A stretch of DNA of 64,000 bases from Candidatus Eiseniibacteriota bacterium (GTDB lineage Bacteria; Eisenbacteria; RBG-16-71-46), in the NCBI GenBank assembly GCA_963707915.1, contig OY970178.1, forward strand, positions 2,080,001 to 2,144,000. The letters run 5' to 3'. The stretch's first letter is position 1. Each line of letters starts with the position of its first letter. Positions 19,047 to 27,853 of the stretch are shown one piece after another. The notes beneath the pieces are model-generated. The model was not told the origin of the DNA. It saw only the letters and a list, made by a program, of their open reading frames with translations, and ran no database searches. The position numbers were made by a program, and so were the translations under genes.

Positions 19047-21361
19047 CGCCGCTCCTCGCGCCCGCCCAGCGCGCGCAACAGCCGCTCGGGCGTGATCGGG
19101 ATCTCGTCCACGCGCGCGCCGGTGGCGTGCGCCACGGCCGCCACGACCGCTCCCGCCGGCACGTCCATGGGCAGCTCGCCCACCCCCTTGGCGCCGAACG
19201 GCCCGCCCGAGTAGGGGTTCTCGACGATGATCACGTCGAACGGCGGCGCGTCCACCGCGGTCGGGATGATGTAGTTCGTGAGCTGGTGGTTCCAGACGCG
19301 CCCGTCCTTCCAGCGCACCTCCTCGAGCAGGGCCCAGCCCAGTCCCTGCAGCGTGCCGCCCTCGATCTGCCCGGCGCACAGCAGCGGGTGGATCGCCTTG
19401 CCGATGTCCTGCGCGGTGGTGACGCGGAGCACGCGCACCTCGCCGGTGTCCAGATCCGCCTCGACCTCGACCGCGACCGCCCCGTACGAGAAGCACGGGT
19501 ACGCGTCGCCCTGGTAGGTGTCCTCGTTCCAGACGATGTGCGCCGGCTTCTGGTAGCGGCGCTCGACGCGCAGCGGCCCGCGCCCGGCGAGGAACCGCCG
19601 CGCGATCCGCCGGAAGTCCGCGTCGCCGTCGAGCGCGCGCTCGGCGAACAGCTCGAGCCGCTCGCGCATCGCCCGGGCGCACTGCTCGAGCAGTCCGCCC
19701 ACCACCATCGTGGTGCGCGAGGCCACCGTCGGGCCGCTGTTCGGCACCCGGTCGGTGTCCGGCGTCTCGACCACCACGAGGCCCGGCGACACGCCCAGGC
19801 GCTCGGCCACCATCTGCGTGAACACCGTGATGGCGCCCTGCCCGATCTCGACGTTGGCCACCAGCACCCGCGGCCGTCCCTCGGGCGACAGGTCGAGCGC
19901 GGCGAGCGAGTTGAGCCGGACCTCGCCACCGCCGGTGAAGCCCGCCCCGTGCCAGCCCAGCGCCAGCCCGATGCCGCGCCGCAGCCGGCGCCCGCCGGGC
20001 GCGAACCGGCCCGCCCGCTCGGCACGCTCCGCGGCGGCGTTCTCGCGCGCGTAGCGGCGGCGCTTCGCCGTCCAGCCCGCGCGCTGCGCGGTGCGGTCCA
20101 GCACCTCGACCGCGCTGACGCTCTCGCGCAGGACCTGCCCGGTCGGCGTCACGTCGCCCACGACGACCGCGTTGCGCCGGCGCAGGACCAGCGGGTCGAG
20201 CCCCAGTTCCGCGGCGACGCGGTCCATGTGGCTCTCCATCGCGAACACCGTCTGCGGCACGCCGAAGCCGCGGAACGCCCCGTTGGGCGGCGTATTGGTC
20301 GCCATCGCGCGCGCGCGGATCCGCACGTTGGGGCACCGGTAGGCGCCCGCCGCGTGCAGCGCCCCGCGCGAGAGCACCACCGGCGACATCGTCACGAAGG
20401 CGCCGCCGTCCATCACCACGTCCACGTCGGTCGCGACCAGCGTGCCGTCGCGCCGGTGCCCGGTGCGCACGCGGACCACCGCCGGATGGCGCTTCGTGGT
20501 GGCCGCGATGTCCTCGAGGCGGTCGTAGACCAGCTTCACCGGCCGGCCGCTCTTCCAGGCGAGCAGCGCCGCGTGCCCGCCGATCATCGACGGGTAGTCC
20601 TCCTTGCCGCCGAAGCCCCCGCCGGTGACCGTCTGGACCACGCGGATCTTCTCCGCCGGCAGGGCGAACGCGCGCTGCAGCGCGTGGTGCACGAAGTAGG
20701 GGCACTGCATCGAGCCGCGCACCACGAGGCCGCCGTCGGCCGTGCGCTCGCCGATCACGCCGTTGTTCTCGAGGTAGAGTTGCTCCTGGTGCCCGCAGCG
20801 GTAGAGCCCCTCGACCACGACGTCGGCCTCGGCGAAGCCCGCGGCCAGCTCGCCCCGCGCGATGTTGTACTCCTTGAGGACATTGTCCGCGCCGTGGATC
20901 TTCAGCCGCGCCGCGAGGGAGTCCTCGATCGTGAGCACCGCGTCGAGCGACTCCACTTCGACCCGCACCGCACCGAGGGCGGCCTGCGCCCGTTCGGGAT
21001 CGGCGTGCGCCAGCAGCAGGATGGCCTGGTCCGCGTGCTCGATCCGGTGCGCGACCAGCAGCGGCTGGTCCTCGGTGAGGTGGGCCACGCAGTTCTCGCC
21101 CGGGATGTCCTTGTGGTCGGCGATCACCACGCCGTTCCAGTCGAATGCCGGGTCGAACTCGATGCGGCGGATGACCCCGCGCGCGACCGTGGAACGCACG
21201 GTGCGCCCGTGGAGCAATCCGGGGACCTTCAGGTCGTCCACGTAGAGGGAGCGGCCGGTGACCTTGTCCTCCCCGTCGCGCTTGGGAACGTTCGCGCCCA
21301 CGGCCGGTTCGGGCCGCAACGTGGTCTTTCGGCGGGTGCTCAGCGTGGAGGCACGGGTCAT
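19043..21361 (-). CDS. Xanthine dehydrogenase family molybdopterin-binding subunit
   Basis: GGGFGGKE, AFRGFG, GQIEGG, GAKGVGE. Confidence 0.92.
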   Translation of the reverse strand: MTRASTLSTRRKTTLRPEPAVGANVPKRDGEDKVTGRSLYVDDLKVPGLLHGRTVRSTVARGVIRRIEFDPAFDWNGVVIADHKDIPGENCVAHLTEDQPLLVAHRIEHADQAILLLAHADPERAQAALGAVRVEVESLDAVLTIEDSLAARLKIHGADNVLKEYNIARGELAAGFAEADVVVEGLYRCGHQEQLYLENNGVIGERTADGGLVVRGSMQCPYFVHHALQRAFALPAEKIRVVQTVTGGGFGGKEDYPSMIGGHAALLAWKSGRPVKLVYDRLEDIAATTKRHPAVVRVRTGHRRDGTLVATDVDVVMDGGAFVTMSPVVLSRGALHAAGAYRCPNVRIRARAMATNTPPNGAFRGFGVPQTVFAMESHMDRVAAELGLDPLVLRRRNAVVVGDVTPTGQVLRESVSAVEVLDRTAQRAGWTAKRRRYARENAAAERAERAGRFAPGGRRLRRGIGLALGWHGAGFTGGGEVRLNSLAALDLSPEGRPRVLVANVEIGQGAITVFTQMVAERLGVSPGLVVVETPDTDRVPNSGPTVASRTTMVVGGLLEQCARAMRERLELFAERALDGDADFRRIARRFLAGRGPLRVERRYQKPAHIVWNEDTYQGDAYPCFSYGAVAVEVEADLDTGEVRVLRVTTAQDIGKAIHPLLCAGQIEGGTLQGLGWALLEEVRWKDGRVWNHQLTNYIIPTAVDAPPFDVIIVENPYSGGPFGAKGVGELPMDVPAGAVVAAVAHATGARVDEIPITPERLLRALGGREERR

Positions 21362-21426
21362 CCAAATCAGGTTACGACGCCGGACGCCGGTGCTCCAAAT
21401 CGACCGCGGAGCGGTCCACCTCGACC

Positions 21427-21707
21427 GGGCACAGCGGTGGGACGCAGACGCGGCGTGGAGGGCGAGCGTGTCCGTACCTGGCTGCCCTCCGCATCGTGTC
21501 GGTCCCGCCGCCCCCCGACCGGGCACAGCGGCGGGGCCGGCGCGGTCCGGAGGGCGAGCGTGTCCGTACGTAGCCGGCCTCCGGATCGTGCCGGTCCCGC
21601 CGCCCCCGCTCGAGCACGCGGCGGGGCGCAGACACGGTCCGGAGGGCGAGCGTGTCCGTACGTAGCCGTCCTCCGGATCGTGCCGGTCCCGCCGCCCCCG
21701 CTCGAGC
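21427..21707 (+). repeat. Three tandem 92-bp hairpin-forming repeats, family A
   Basis: GAGCGTGTCCGTAC cores at 21464, 21556 and 21648; each unit is internally complementary. Confidence 0.9.
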
Positions 21708-21751
21708 GAGCAACGGACACGTCGGCCGGTCGGCCGCGCCACCCGCCCCCA

Positions 21752-21760
21752 TGCTATCCT
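21752..21760 (+). promoter_or_regulatory. Extended -10 element, probable leaderless promoter of oppA
   Basis: TGCTATCCT ends 5 nt before ATG 21766; no Shine-Dalgarno. Confidence 0.5.
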
Positions 21761-21765
21761 GCGGC

Positions 21766-23724
21766 ATGCGCCGTTCGCTGCCGTGGGTCGCGCCCATCCT
21801 CGCGGCCGTCCTCGCCGGTTGCGCGCCCGGGACCGGCGGGACCGGCCCGTCCTCGGCCGGCGGCCCGCGCTACTTCGGCAGCGTGCGCCCGCCGCGCGGC
21901 GACGTGCTGCGCTTCAACAACGGCGCCGAGCCCGAGACCATCGACCCCGCGCTGGTCTCCGGCCAGTCCGACGGACGCCTCGCCCGCGCCCTGTTCGAGG
22001 GCCTCACCACCTCCGACCCGCGAACGCTCGCGCCGCGTCCCGGGCAGGCCTCACGCTGGGAGACCAGCGCGGACGGGCTGACCTGGACGTTCCACCTGCG
22101 GCCCGGCCTGGCCTGGAGCGACGGCGCCCCGCTCACCGCACGCGACTTCGTCTGGTCGTGGCTGCGGGTGCTGCGCCCCGCGACCGCCGCGCGCAACGCC
22201 GGCCTGCTCTACGCCATCGCCGGCGCCGAAGCGTACCACCGGGGGTCCGCCGCCGACTCGACGCGCGTCGGGCTCTCCGCCCCCGACGACACCACGCTCG
22301 TGGTGCGCCTGTCATCGCCCGTGCCCTACCTGCTCGAGCTCGCCGCCTACCCGACGTGGCTGCCCGTGCCCCGCCACGCGGTCGAGCGCTGGGGCGCGCG
22401 CTGGACGCGGCCCGGGAACATCGTCTCGAACGGCGCCTTCGTGCTCGAGCGCTGGCGCCAGAACGACCGCTTCGAGTTGGCGCGGAACCCGCGCTACCGC
22501 GACGCCAAGCGCGTGCGGCTCGACCGGGTCGTGGCGTACTCCGTGGACGACCTCAGCACCTCGTCCAACCTCTACCAGTCCGGGCGGCTCGACTGGAACA
22601 CCAGCGGCTACGTGCCTTCGCCCTTCGTCCCATGGCTGCGCGGCAAGGCCGACTTCCGCAGCGCCCCCTTCCAGGCCGTCTACTTCTACTCCATGAACGT
22701 GACGCGCCGGCCGTTCGACGACGTGCGCGTGCGCCGCGCGCTGAACCTCGCGGTGGACCGCGACGCGATCGCCCGCGACCTGCTCAAGGGCACGCGCGCG
22801 CCGTGGGGCCGGCTCACGCCGCAGGGCTACCCCGGCTACCCGGCACCGCCGCCGCTGCGCCACGACCCGGTGGCGGCCCGCGCCGCGCTGGCGCAGGCGG
22901 GCTACCCCGGCGGACGGGGCTTCCCCGGGATCTCGATCCTGTTCAGCACCAGCGAGGACCACCGCCGCATCGCCGAGGCGGTGCAGGCGATGTGGACCCA
23001 GGAGCTCGGCATCCCGGTCGAGCTGCGGAACATGGAGTGGGGCTCGACCCTGCAGGCCATGACCACGCTGCAGTACGACGTGGCGCGGCGATCGTGGATC
23101 GGCGACTACCTCGACCCCGGCACCTTCCTCGAGATCATGCGCGGCGGCGACGGCAACAACCGCACCGGCTGGAGCGACGCGCGCTACGACCGGCTGCTGC
23201 TGGAGGCCCGCGGCCAGGCCGACCCGGCGCAGCGCCTGCGCGTGCTCGCCCGGGCGGAATCGCTGCTGCTGGCGGACGGGCCGGTCATCCCCATCTACCA
23301 CTACGCGACGGTCGAGCTGGTGAAGCCCTACGTGCGCGGCATCTGGTCGAATGCGCTGGACGTCCACCCGCTCGAGGACGTCTGGATCGACCACGCCTGG
23401 CGCCCGGGAACGGAGCCCAGTGCCGTGGTGATCGCCAGAATGCGGGCCGCGGAGCGACGACACGGCCGGGCACCCGCCGAAGGCGAATCGGTGGAGTGCA
23501 TGGTGCCTCTGCTCGGACTCAGGGGTGCGCCAGGCCGCGCCGCGGAGCGCAGACACGGCCGGGTGTCCGAGCGCATGGTGCCTCGGCCCGGACGTCAGGC
23601 CGCGCAAGCGCCGGGCGCGGAGCTTGCACGGCCCGATCGCGGAGCAACGGCACCATGCGCTCCGCGATCGGGCCGCGTCTGCGCTCCGCGCCCTGCCCCG
23701 CACGCCGACGGAGCGACGTCGTGA
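21766..23724 (+). CDS. oppA: Oligopeptide ABC transporter substrate-binding lipoprotein, with repeat-derived C-terminal extension
   Basis: Lipobox LAGC; EPETIDP, LFEGL, SNGAF, WIGDYLDP; family similarity ends near LEDVWID (~23390). Confidence 0.88.
   Translation: MRRSLPWVAPILAAVLAGCAPGTGGTGPSSAGGPRYFGSVRPPRGDVLRFNNGAEPETIDPALVSGQSDGRLARALFEGLTTSDPRTLAPRPGQASRWETSADGLTWTFHLRPGLAWSDGAPLTARDFVWSWLRVLRPATAARNAGLLYAIAGAEAYHRGSAADSTRVGLSAPDDTTLVVRLSSPVPYLLELAAYPTWLPVPRHAVERWGARWTRPGNIVSNGAFVLERWRQNDRFELARNPRYRDAKRVRLDRVVAYSVDDLSTSSNLYQSGRLDWNTSGYVPSPFVPWLRGKADFRSAPFQAVYFYSMNVTRRPFDDVRVRRALNLAVDRDAIARDLLKGTRAPWGRLTPQGYPGYPAPPPLRHDPVAARAALAQAGYPGGRGFPGISILFSTSEDHRRIAEAVQAMWTQELGIPVELRNMEWGSTLQAMTTLQYDVARRSWIGDYLDPGTFLEIMRGGDGNNRTGWSDARYDRLLLEARGQADPAQRLRVLARAESLLLADGPVIPIYHYATVELVKPYVRGIWSNALDVHPLEDVWIDHAWRPGTEPSAVVIARMRAAERRHGRAPAEGESVECMVPLLGLRGAPGRAAERRHGRVSERMVPRPGRQAAQAPGAELARPDRGATAPCAPRSGRVCAPRPAPHADGATS
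23448..23690. repeat. Hairpin repeats, family B (GCATGGTGCCTCT loop), inside the oppA 3' end
   Basis: Loop copies at 23498 and 23573, and an inverted copy at 23646 within a 17-bp perfect stem (23629-23675). Confidence 0.75.
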
Positions 23725-24638
23725 CCCGCTACGTCGTGCGCCGGCTGCTGCTCTTCGTCCCCACGCTGTGGGCGATCGCGACGCTGACCTTCTTCCTGGT
23801 ACGGCTCGCCCCCGGCGGGCCGTTCAACGCCGAGCGCGACATCCCGCCGGCGGCGCGCGCGGCGCTGGCGCAGAAGTACGGGCTCGACCGTCCGCTCGCG
23901 GTGCAGTACGTCACCTTCCTCGCCCGGGCCGCCCGGCTCGACTTCGGGCCCTCGTACAAGTTCCCCGCGCGCCAGGTGCGCGAGATCATCCTCGAGGGCT
24001 TCCCGGTCTCGGCCGAGCTCGGGGGCTGGGCGCTGCTGGTCGCGCTGCTCGCGGGCATCCCGCTCGGCGTCGTCGCCGCGCAGCGCCAGAACACCGCGGC
24101 CGACACCGCCGTCATGGCGGTCGCGCTGGCCGGGGTCTCGGTCCCCAGCTTCGTGCTCGGCCCGCTGCTGGTGCTGGCCTTCTCGCTCGGCCTCTGCTGG
24201 CTGCCGCCCGCGCTGTGGGAGGGGCCGCAGAGCCGCGTGCTGCCGGTGCTCACGCTCTCGGCCGCCTACGTCGCCTACGTCGCACGCCTGACGCGCGCCG
24301 GCATGCTCGAGGCGCTGCGCCAGGACTTCATCCGCACCGCACGCGCCAAGGGGTTGCCCGAGGGCGCGGTCGTGCTCAAGCACGCGCTGCGGCTGGGACT
24401 GCTGCCGGTGCTCTCCTACCTCGGCCCGGCCGCCGCGGCGGTCGTCATGGGCTCGCTCGTGGTCGAGCAGGTCTTCGCCGTGCCCGGCCTGGGCCGCACC
24501 CTGGTCTACGGCGCGTTCAACCGCGACTACACGCTGGTGATGGGCGTGGTCCTGTTCTACGCCGCGTTCCTGATGGCGCTCAACCTGCTCGTGGACCTCG
24601 CCCAGGCCTGGCTCGATCCGCGCGTGGAGCTGAGGTGA
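23721..24638 (+). CDS. oppB: Oligopeptide ABC transporter permease
   Basis: YVVRRLL, PGGPF, GLDRPL..QY, TARAKGL, NRDY. Confidence 0.9.
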   Translation: MTRYVVRRLLLFVPTLWAIATLTFFLVRLAPGGPFNAERDIPPAARAALAQKYGLDRPLAVQYVTFLARAARLDFGPSYKFPARQVREIILEGFPVSAELGGWALLVALLAGIPLGVVAAQRQNTAADTAVMAVALAGVSVPSFVLGPLLVLAFSLGLCWLPPALWEGPQSRVLPVLTLSAAYVAYVARLTRAGMLEALRQDFIRTARAKGLPEGAVVLKHALRLGLLPVLSYLGPAAAAVVMGSLVVEQVFAVPGLGRTLVYGAFNRDYTLVMGVVLFYAAFLMALNLLVDLAQAWLDPRVELR

Positions 24639-24645
24639 GCCGCGC

Positions 24646-25548
24646 ATGAGCGCCACGACCGCGCCCGCCGTGATCGCCGCCGCCGGCGGCCCGCCTCGAA
24701 GCCTGTGGTCCGACGCGCGGCGGCGGCTCGGCCGCAACCGCGCCGCCGTGGCGGCGGCGTGGCTGCTCGCCTTCGTCGCGCTCGCCTGCTTCGCCGCGCC
24801 CTGGCTGCCGGGCCTCGCCGCGCCGGCCGCGCAGGACCTTCGGCTGGGCGCGGCGGCGCCCACGGTCGCGCATCCCTTCGGCACCGACGAGCTGGGGCGC
24901 GACCTGCTCGCGCGCGTGCTCTACGGCGGGCGCATCTCGCTGCTGGTCGGGCTCGTCGGAACGATCGTGAGCCTGCTCGTGGGCGTCAGCTGGGGCGCGA
25001 TCGCCGGCTACGCCGGCGGCAAGCTGGACGAGTTCATGATGCGCACCGTGGACGTGCTCTACGCCCTGCCCAACATCTTCCTGGTCATCCTGCTGATGGT
25101 CCTCTTCAGCCGCAGCCTGCTCATGCTCTTCGTCGCGCTCGGGCTGGTCCAGTGGCTGACCATGGCGCGGATCGTGCGCGGGCAGGTGCTCTCGCTGAAG
25201 CACCAGACCTTCGTCGAAGCCGCGCGGGCGCTGGGGGCGGGTGACCGGAGCATCGTCTTCCGGCACATCGTGCCCAACGCGCTGGGCCCGGTGGTGGTCT
25301 ACGCCACGCTCACCGTGCCGGCCGTGATCCTGCAGGAGGCGTTCCTCTCGTTCCTCGGCCTGGGGGTGCAGCCGCCGGACGCCTCGTGGGGCACGCTCAT
25401 CGCCGACGGCGCCCGGGTGATGGCGCTCTTCCCCTGGCTGGTGGTCTTCCCCGGCCTGGCGCTCTCGCTCACCCTGCTGGCGTTCAACTTCCTGGGCGAC
25501 GGCCTGCGCGACGCACTGGACCCGCAGGACCGGCGGCAGGGGCGCTGA
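24646..25548 (+). CDS. oppC: Oligopeptide ABC transporter permease
   Basis: HPFGTDELGRD, EAARALGA, LSFLGLG, GDGLRDALDP. Confidence 0.9.
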   Translation: MSATTAPAVIAAAGGPPRSLWSDARRRLGRNRAAVAAAWLLAFVALACFAAPWLPGLAAPAAQDLRLGAAAPTVAHPFGTDELGRDLLARVLYGGRISLLVGLVGTIVSLLVGVSWGAIAGYAGGKLDEFMMRTVDVLYALPNIFLVILLMVLFSRSLLMLFVALGLVQWLTMARIVRGQVLSLKHQTFVEAARALGAGDRSIVFRHIVPNALGPVVVYATLTVPAVILQEAFLSFLGLGVQPPDASWGTLIADGARVMALFPWLVVFPGLALSLTLLAFNFLGDGLRDALDPQDRRQGR

Positions 25549-25749
25549 GGCGAGGCGCCGGGCCGGCGCCCCGCGGGGTCCGGGCGCCCCGGCCCCCGGC
25601 TGGTCCGTTGGTTGGCCCCGGGGTGGCCAAAGGTAGTATCATCAGGCACCTGCTTGCCTGGGCCCGGCGCACCCACCCCGGGAAGCGGACATCTACAAAG
25701 CACCTGCGGCCTCGTTCCAGCCGACACCACCGACCGAAGGGAATCACCG

Positions 25750-26541
25750 ATGAGTCGCCCCCGTCCGCGCCCGAAGCCACGTGCCGCCGCCCGCCCGGCG
25801 CCGGTCCGCACGCCCCGCATCCGCATCGTCGTCGCCGACGGCCAGGCCATCGATCGGCAGGGGCTCATGAGCCTCCTGACCGCACAGCCCGACTTCGAGT
25901 GCGTGGGCGAGGCCGCCAACGCGGGCGAGGCGATCGAGCGCTGTGCCAGCCTCCAGCCCGCCCTGCTGGTGCTGACCCTCAACCTGCCCAGCGACTCGGG
26001 CGAGACGGCCCTGCCGGTGATCCACGCCGCGCTGCCGGGCCTGCGCATCCTCGCGATCTCCGAGCGCGGGGTGGCCAACTGCCTCATCCTGAGCCCGCCC
26101 ACCCGCTCGCGGCTGGCCGCGTACTCGCACGTGCCCCGCTGCGAGAGCGGCACCGACTGCCTGCAGCTGGCGATGGCCCACGGCGCGCTCGGCACGGTGC
26201 GGCGCAGTGCCGACCCGGAGGCGCTGTTCCGGACGGTGCGCGCGGTGGCCGCCGGGCAGGCGGCCTACGAGCCGCGCACCGGCATGGCGCTCGCCCAGGG
26301 CGGCCCCGGCGTCGGCGGCGCTTCCGGCCTCTCGGTGCGCGAGATGGACGTGGCCGTGCTGCTGGCCGAAGGCCAGTCCAACAAGGAGATCTCGGCGCTG
26401 CTCTCGATCAGCGAGCCGACGGTGAAGAAGCACGTCGGGCAGATCCTGAAGAAGCTGCGCGTGCAGGACCGGCTCCAGGCGGGGCTCTTCGTGGCCCGCC
26501 ACCCGCTGATCTTCTCGCGGAACGGGACCTCGGCGGGCTGA
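25750..26541 (+). CDS. NarL/LuxR-type regulator with atypical receiver domain
   Basis: LuxR HTH LSVREMDV...SNKEIS..LSISEPTVKKH; receiver lacks the phospho-acceptor Asp. Confidence 0.85.
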   Translation: MSRPRPRPKPRAAARPAPVRTPRIRIVVADGQAIDRQGLMSLLTAQPDFECVGEAANAGEAIERCASLQPALLVLTLNLPSDSGETALPVIHAALPGLRILAISERGVANCLILSPPTRSRLAAYSHVPRCESGTDCLQLAMAHGALGTVRRSADPEALFRTVRAVAAGQAAYEPRTGMALAQGGPGVGGASGLSVREMDVAVLLAEGQSNKEISALLSISEPTVKKHVGQILKKLRVQDRLQAGLFVARHPLIFSRNGTSAG

Positions 26542-26628
26542 GCCGGCAGCGCCGCTCCGCCGCCCGCCGTGCCCCGCGGGGCGCTGTCCGCGCCCGATGG
26601 CCGCGGGGTCCCGCGTCGCGCGGCCTCC

Positions 26629-27849
26629 TCATCCTCCCGCGGGGGGATCCGGCGGCGGGACCGCGGCCACGCGCTCCTCGGCCGACATCGGCCGCGCCGC
26701 GCGCACCATGTCGCGTGCCCACTCCACCGCGCCCCACACGTTCCACAGCAGCACGCCGCGCACCACGTCGTCCCGAACGTAGTAGACCACGCCCTCGCGC
26801 AGCGGCTCGCGCCATACCGTCTCGACGCGCAGCGTCGGATCGAGGTCCCCCACGGCCTCGAAGCCCAGGTCGAACAGGTCCGAGAAGAAGGTGGGGATCC
26901 CCTCGTAGCTCCGGCCGGCGCCCGCCATGTTGGCCCCGGCGCAGCGCCCCTGCTCGCGGGCGTGGTCCCAGTGCTCGACGTGGAGGCTGCGCTGCAGCGG
27001 CGCGCACGGGAAGCGGGTCACGTCGCCGGCGGCGAAGATGTCGGGGTCGGTGGTGCACGCGAACTCGTCCACCACGATGCCGTCGTCCACGTCGAGGCCG
27101 GCCGCTTCGGCCAGGTCCACCTCGGGCTCGATCCCGATGCCGACCAGCACCGTCTGGGTGGTGATGCTGCTGCCGCTCGCCAGGCGCGCGTGGATGAGTC
27201 CCTGCCCCGCCTCGAGCGCCACGACCTTGTCCTCGGAGACCGTCTCGACGCCCGCCTGGCGGTAGCGCTCCGCCACGAACCGTCCCAGCTCGCGCGGCAG
27301 CACCCGGAAGAGCGGGTACTCGCGATCGTGCAGGAACGTCACCTCCTTGCCCACGTGGCACAGCGCCGCGGCCAGCTCGGCGCCCACGAAGCCGCCGCCC
27401 ACGACCAGCGCGTGCTCGAAACGGTCGAGCCGGCTCTCCAGGAGGAGGTAGTCCTCGAGGCCGCGCACGTAGTGCACGCCCTCCACCTCGGCCCCGCCCA
27501 CCACGAGCCGGCGCGGCTTGCCGCCGGTGGCGAGCAGCAGGCGCTCGTAGCCATGCTCGACCCCGCGCTCGTCCCACAGCAGGTGCCGTGCGGGATCCAG
27601 CTCGACCGCCTCGCGGCGCAGCAGCAACTCGACCCCGTTCTCGCGGTAGAAGCCGTCCGGGTGGACGGGCAGCTCGTCCTTGGTGGACTTGCCGAACCAC
27701 AGCCCCTTCGAGAGCGGCGGCCGGTGGTAGGGCGGGAAGTTCTCGCGCCCGAGCATCAGGATGCCGCCCTCGCGGTCGTGCGCGCGGATGCCCTCGATGG
27801 CCGAGGCGCCCGCGAGCCCGCCGCCGACGATCACGTACTTGTGGCGCAT
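26629..27849 (-). CDS. FAD/NAD-dependent oxidoreductase (ferredoxin reductase/AIF-like)
   Basis: GGGLAG, RPPLSK, ATGG, GGGFVGAE, AAGD. Confidence 0.85.
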   Translation of the reverse strand: MRHKYVIVGGGLAGASAIEGIRAHDREGGILMLGRENFPPYHRPPLSKGLWFGKSTKDELPVHPDGFYRENGVELLLRREAVELDPARHLLWDERGVEHGYERLLLATGGKPRRLVVGGAEVEGVHYVRGLEDYLLLESRLDRFEHALVVGGGFVGAELAAALCHVGKEVTFLHDREYPLFRVLPRELGRFVAERYRQAGVETVSEDKVVALEAGQGLIHARLASGSSITTQTVLVGIGIEPEVDLAEAAGLDVDDGIVVDEFACTTDPDIFAAGDVTRFPCAPLQRSLHVEHWDHAREQGRCAGANMAGAGRSYEGIPTFFSDLFDLGFEAVGDLDPTLRVETVWREPLREGVVYYVRDDVVRGVLLWNVWGAVEWARDMVRAARPMSAEERVAAVPPPDPPAGG

Positions 27850-27853
27850 GGCG

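Noticed and set aside
21427..21707. Possible CRISPR array
   Set aside because: Whole 92-bp units are similar, with no unique spacers and no cas genes in the window.
19127..22081. Long antisense or alternative-frame ORFs (this one and others such as 45492-48620, 39387-42056, 29496-31706)
   Set aside because: Shadow ORFs expected at very high GC opposite clearly recognisable genes; no motifs of their own.
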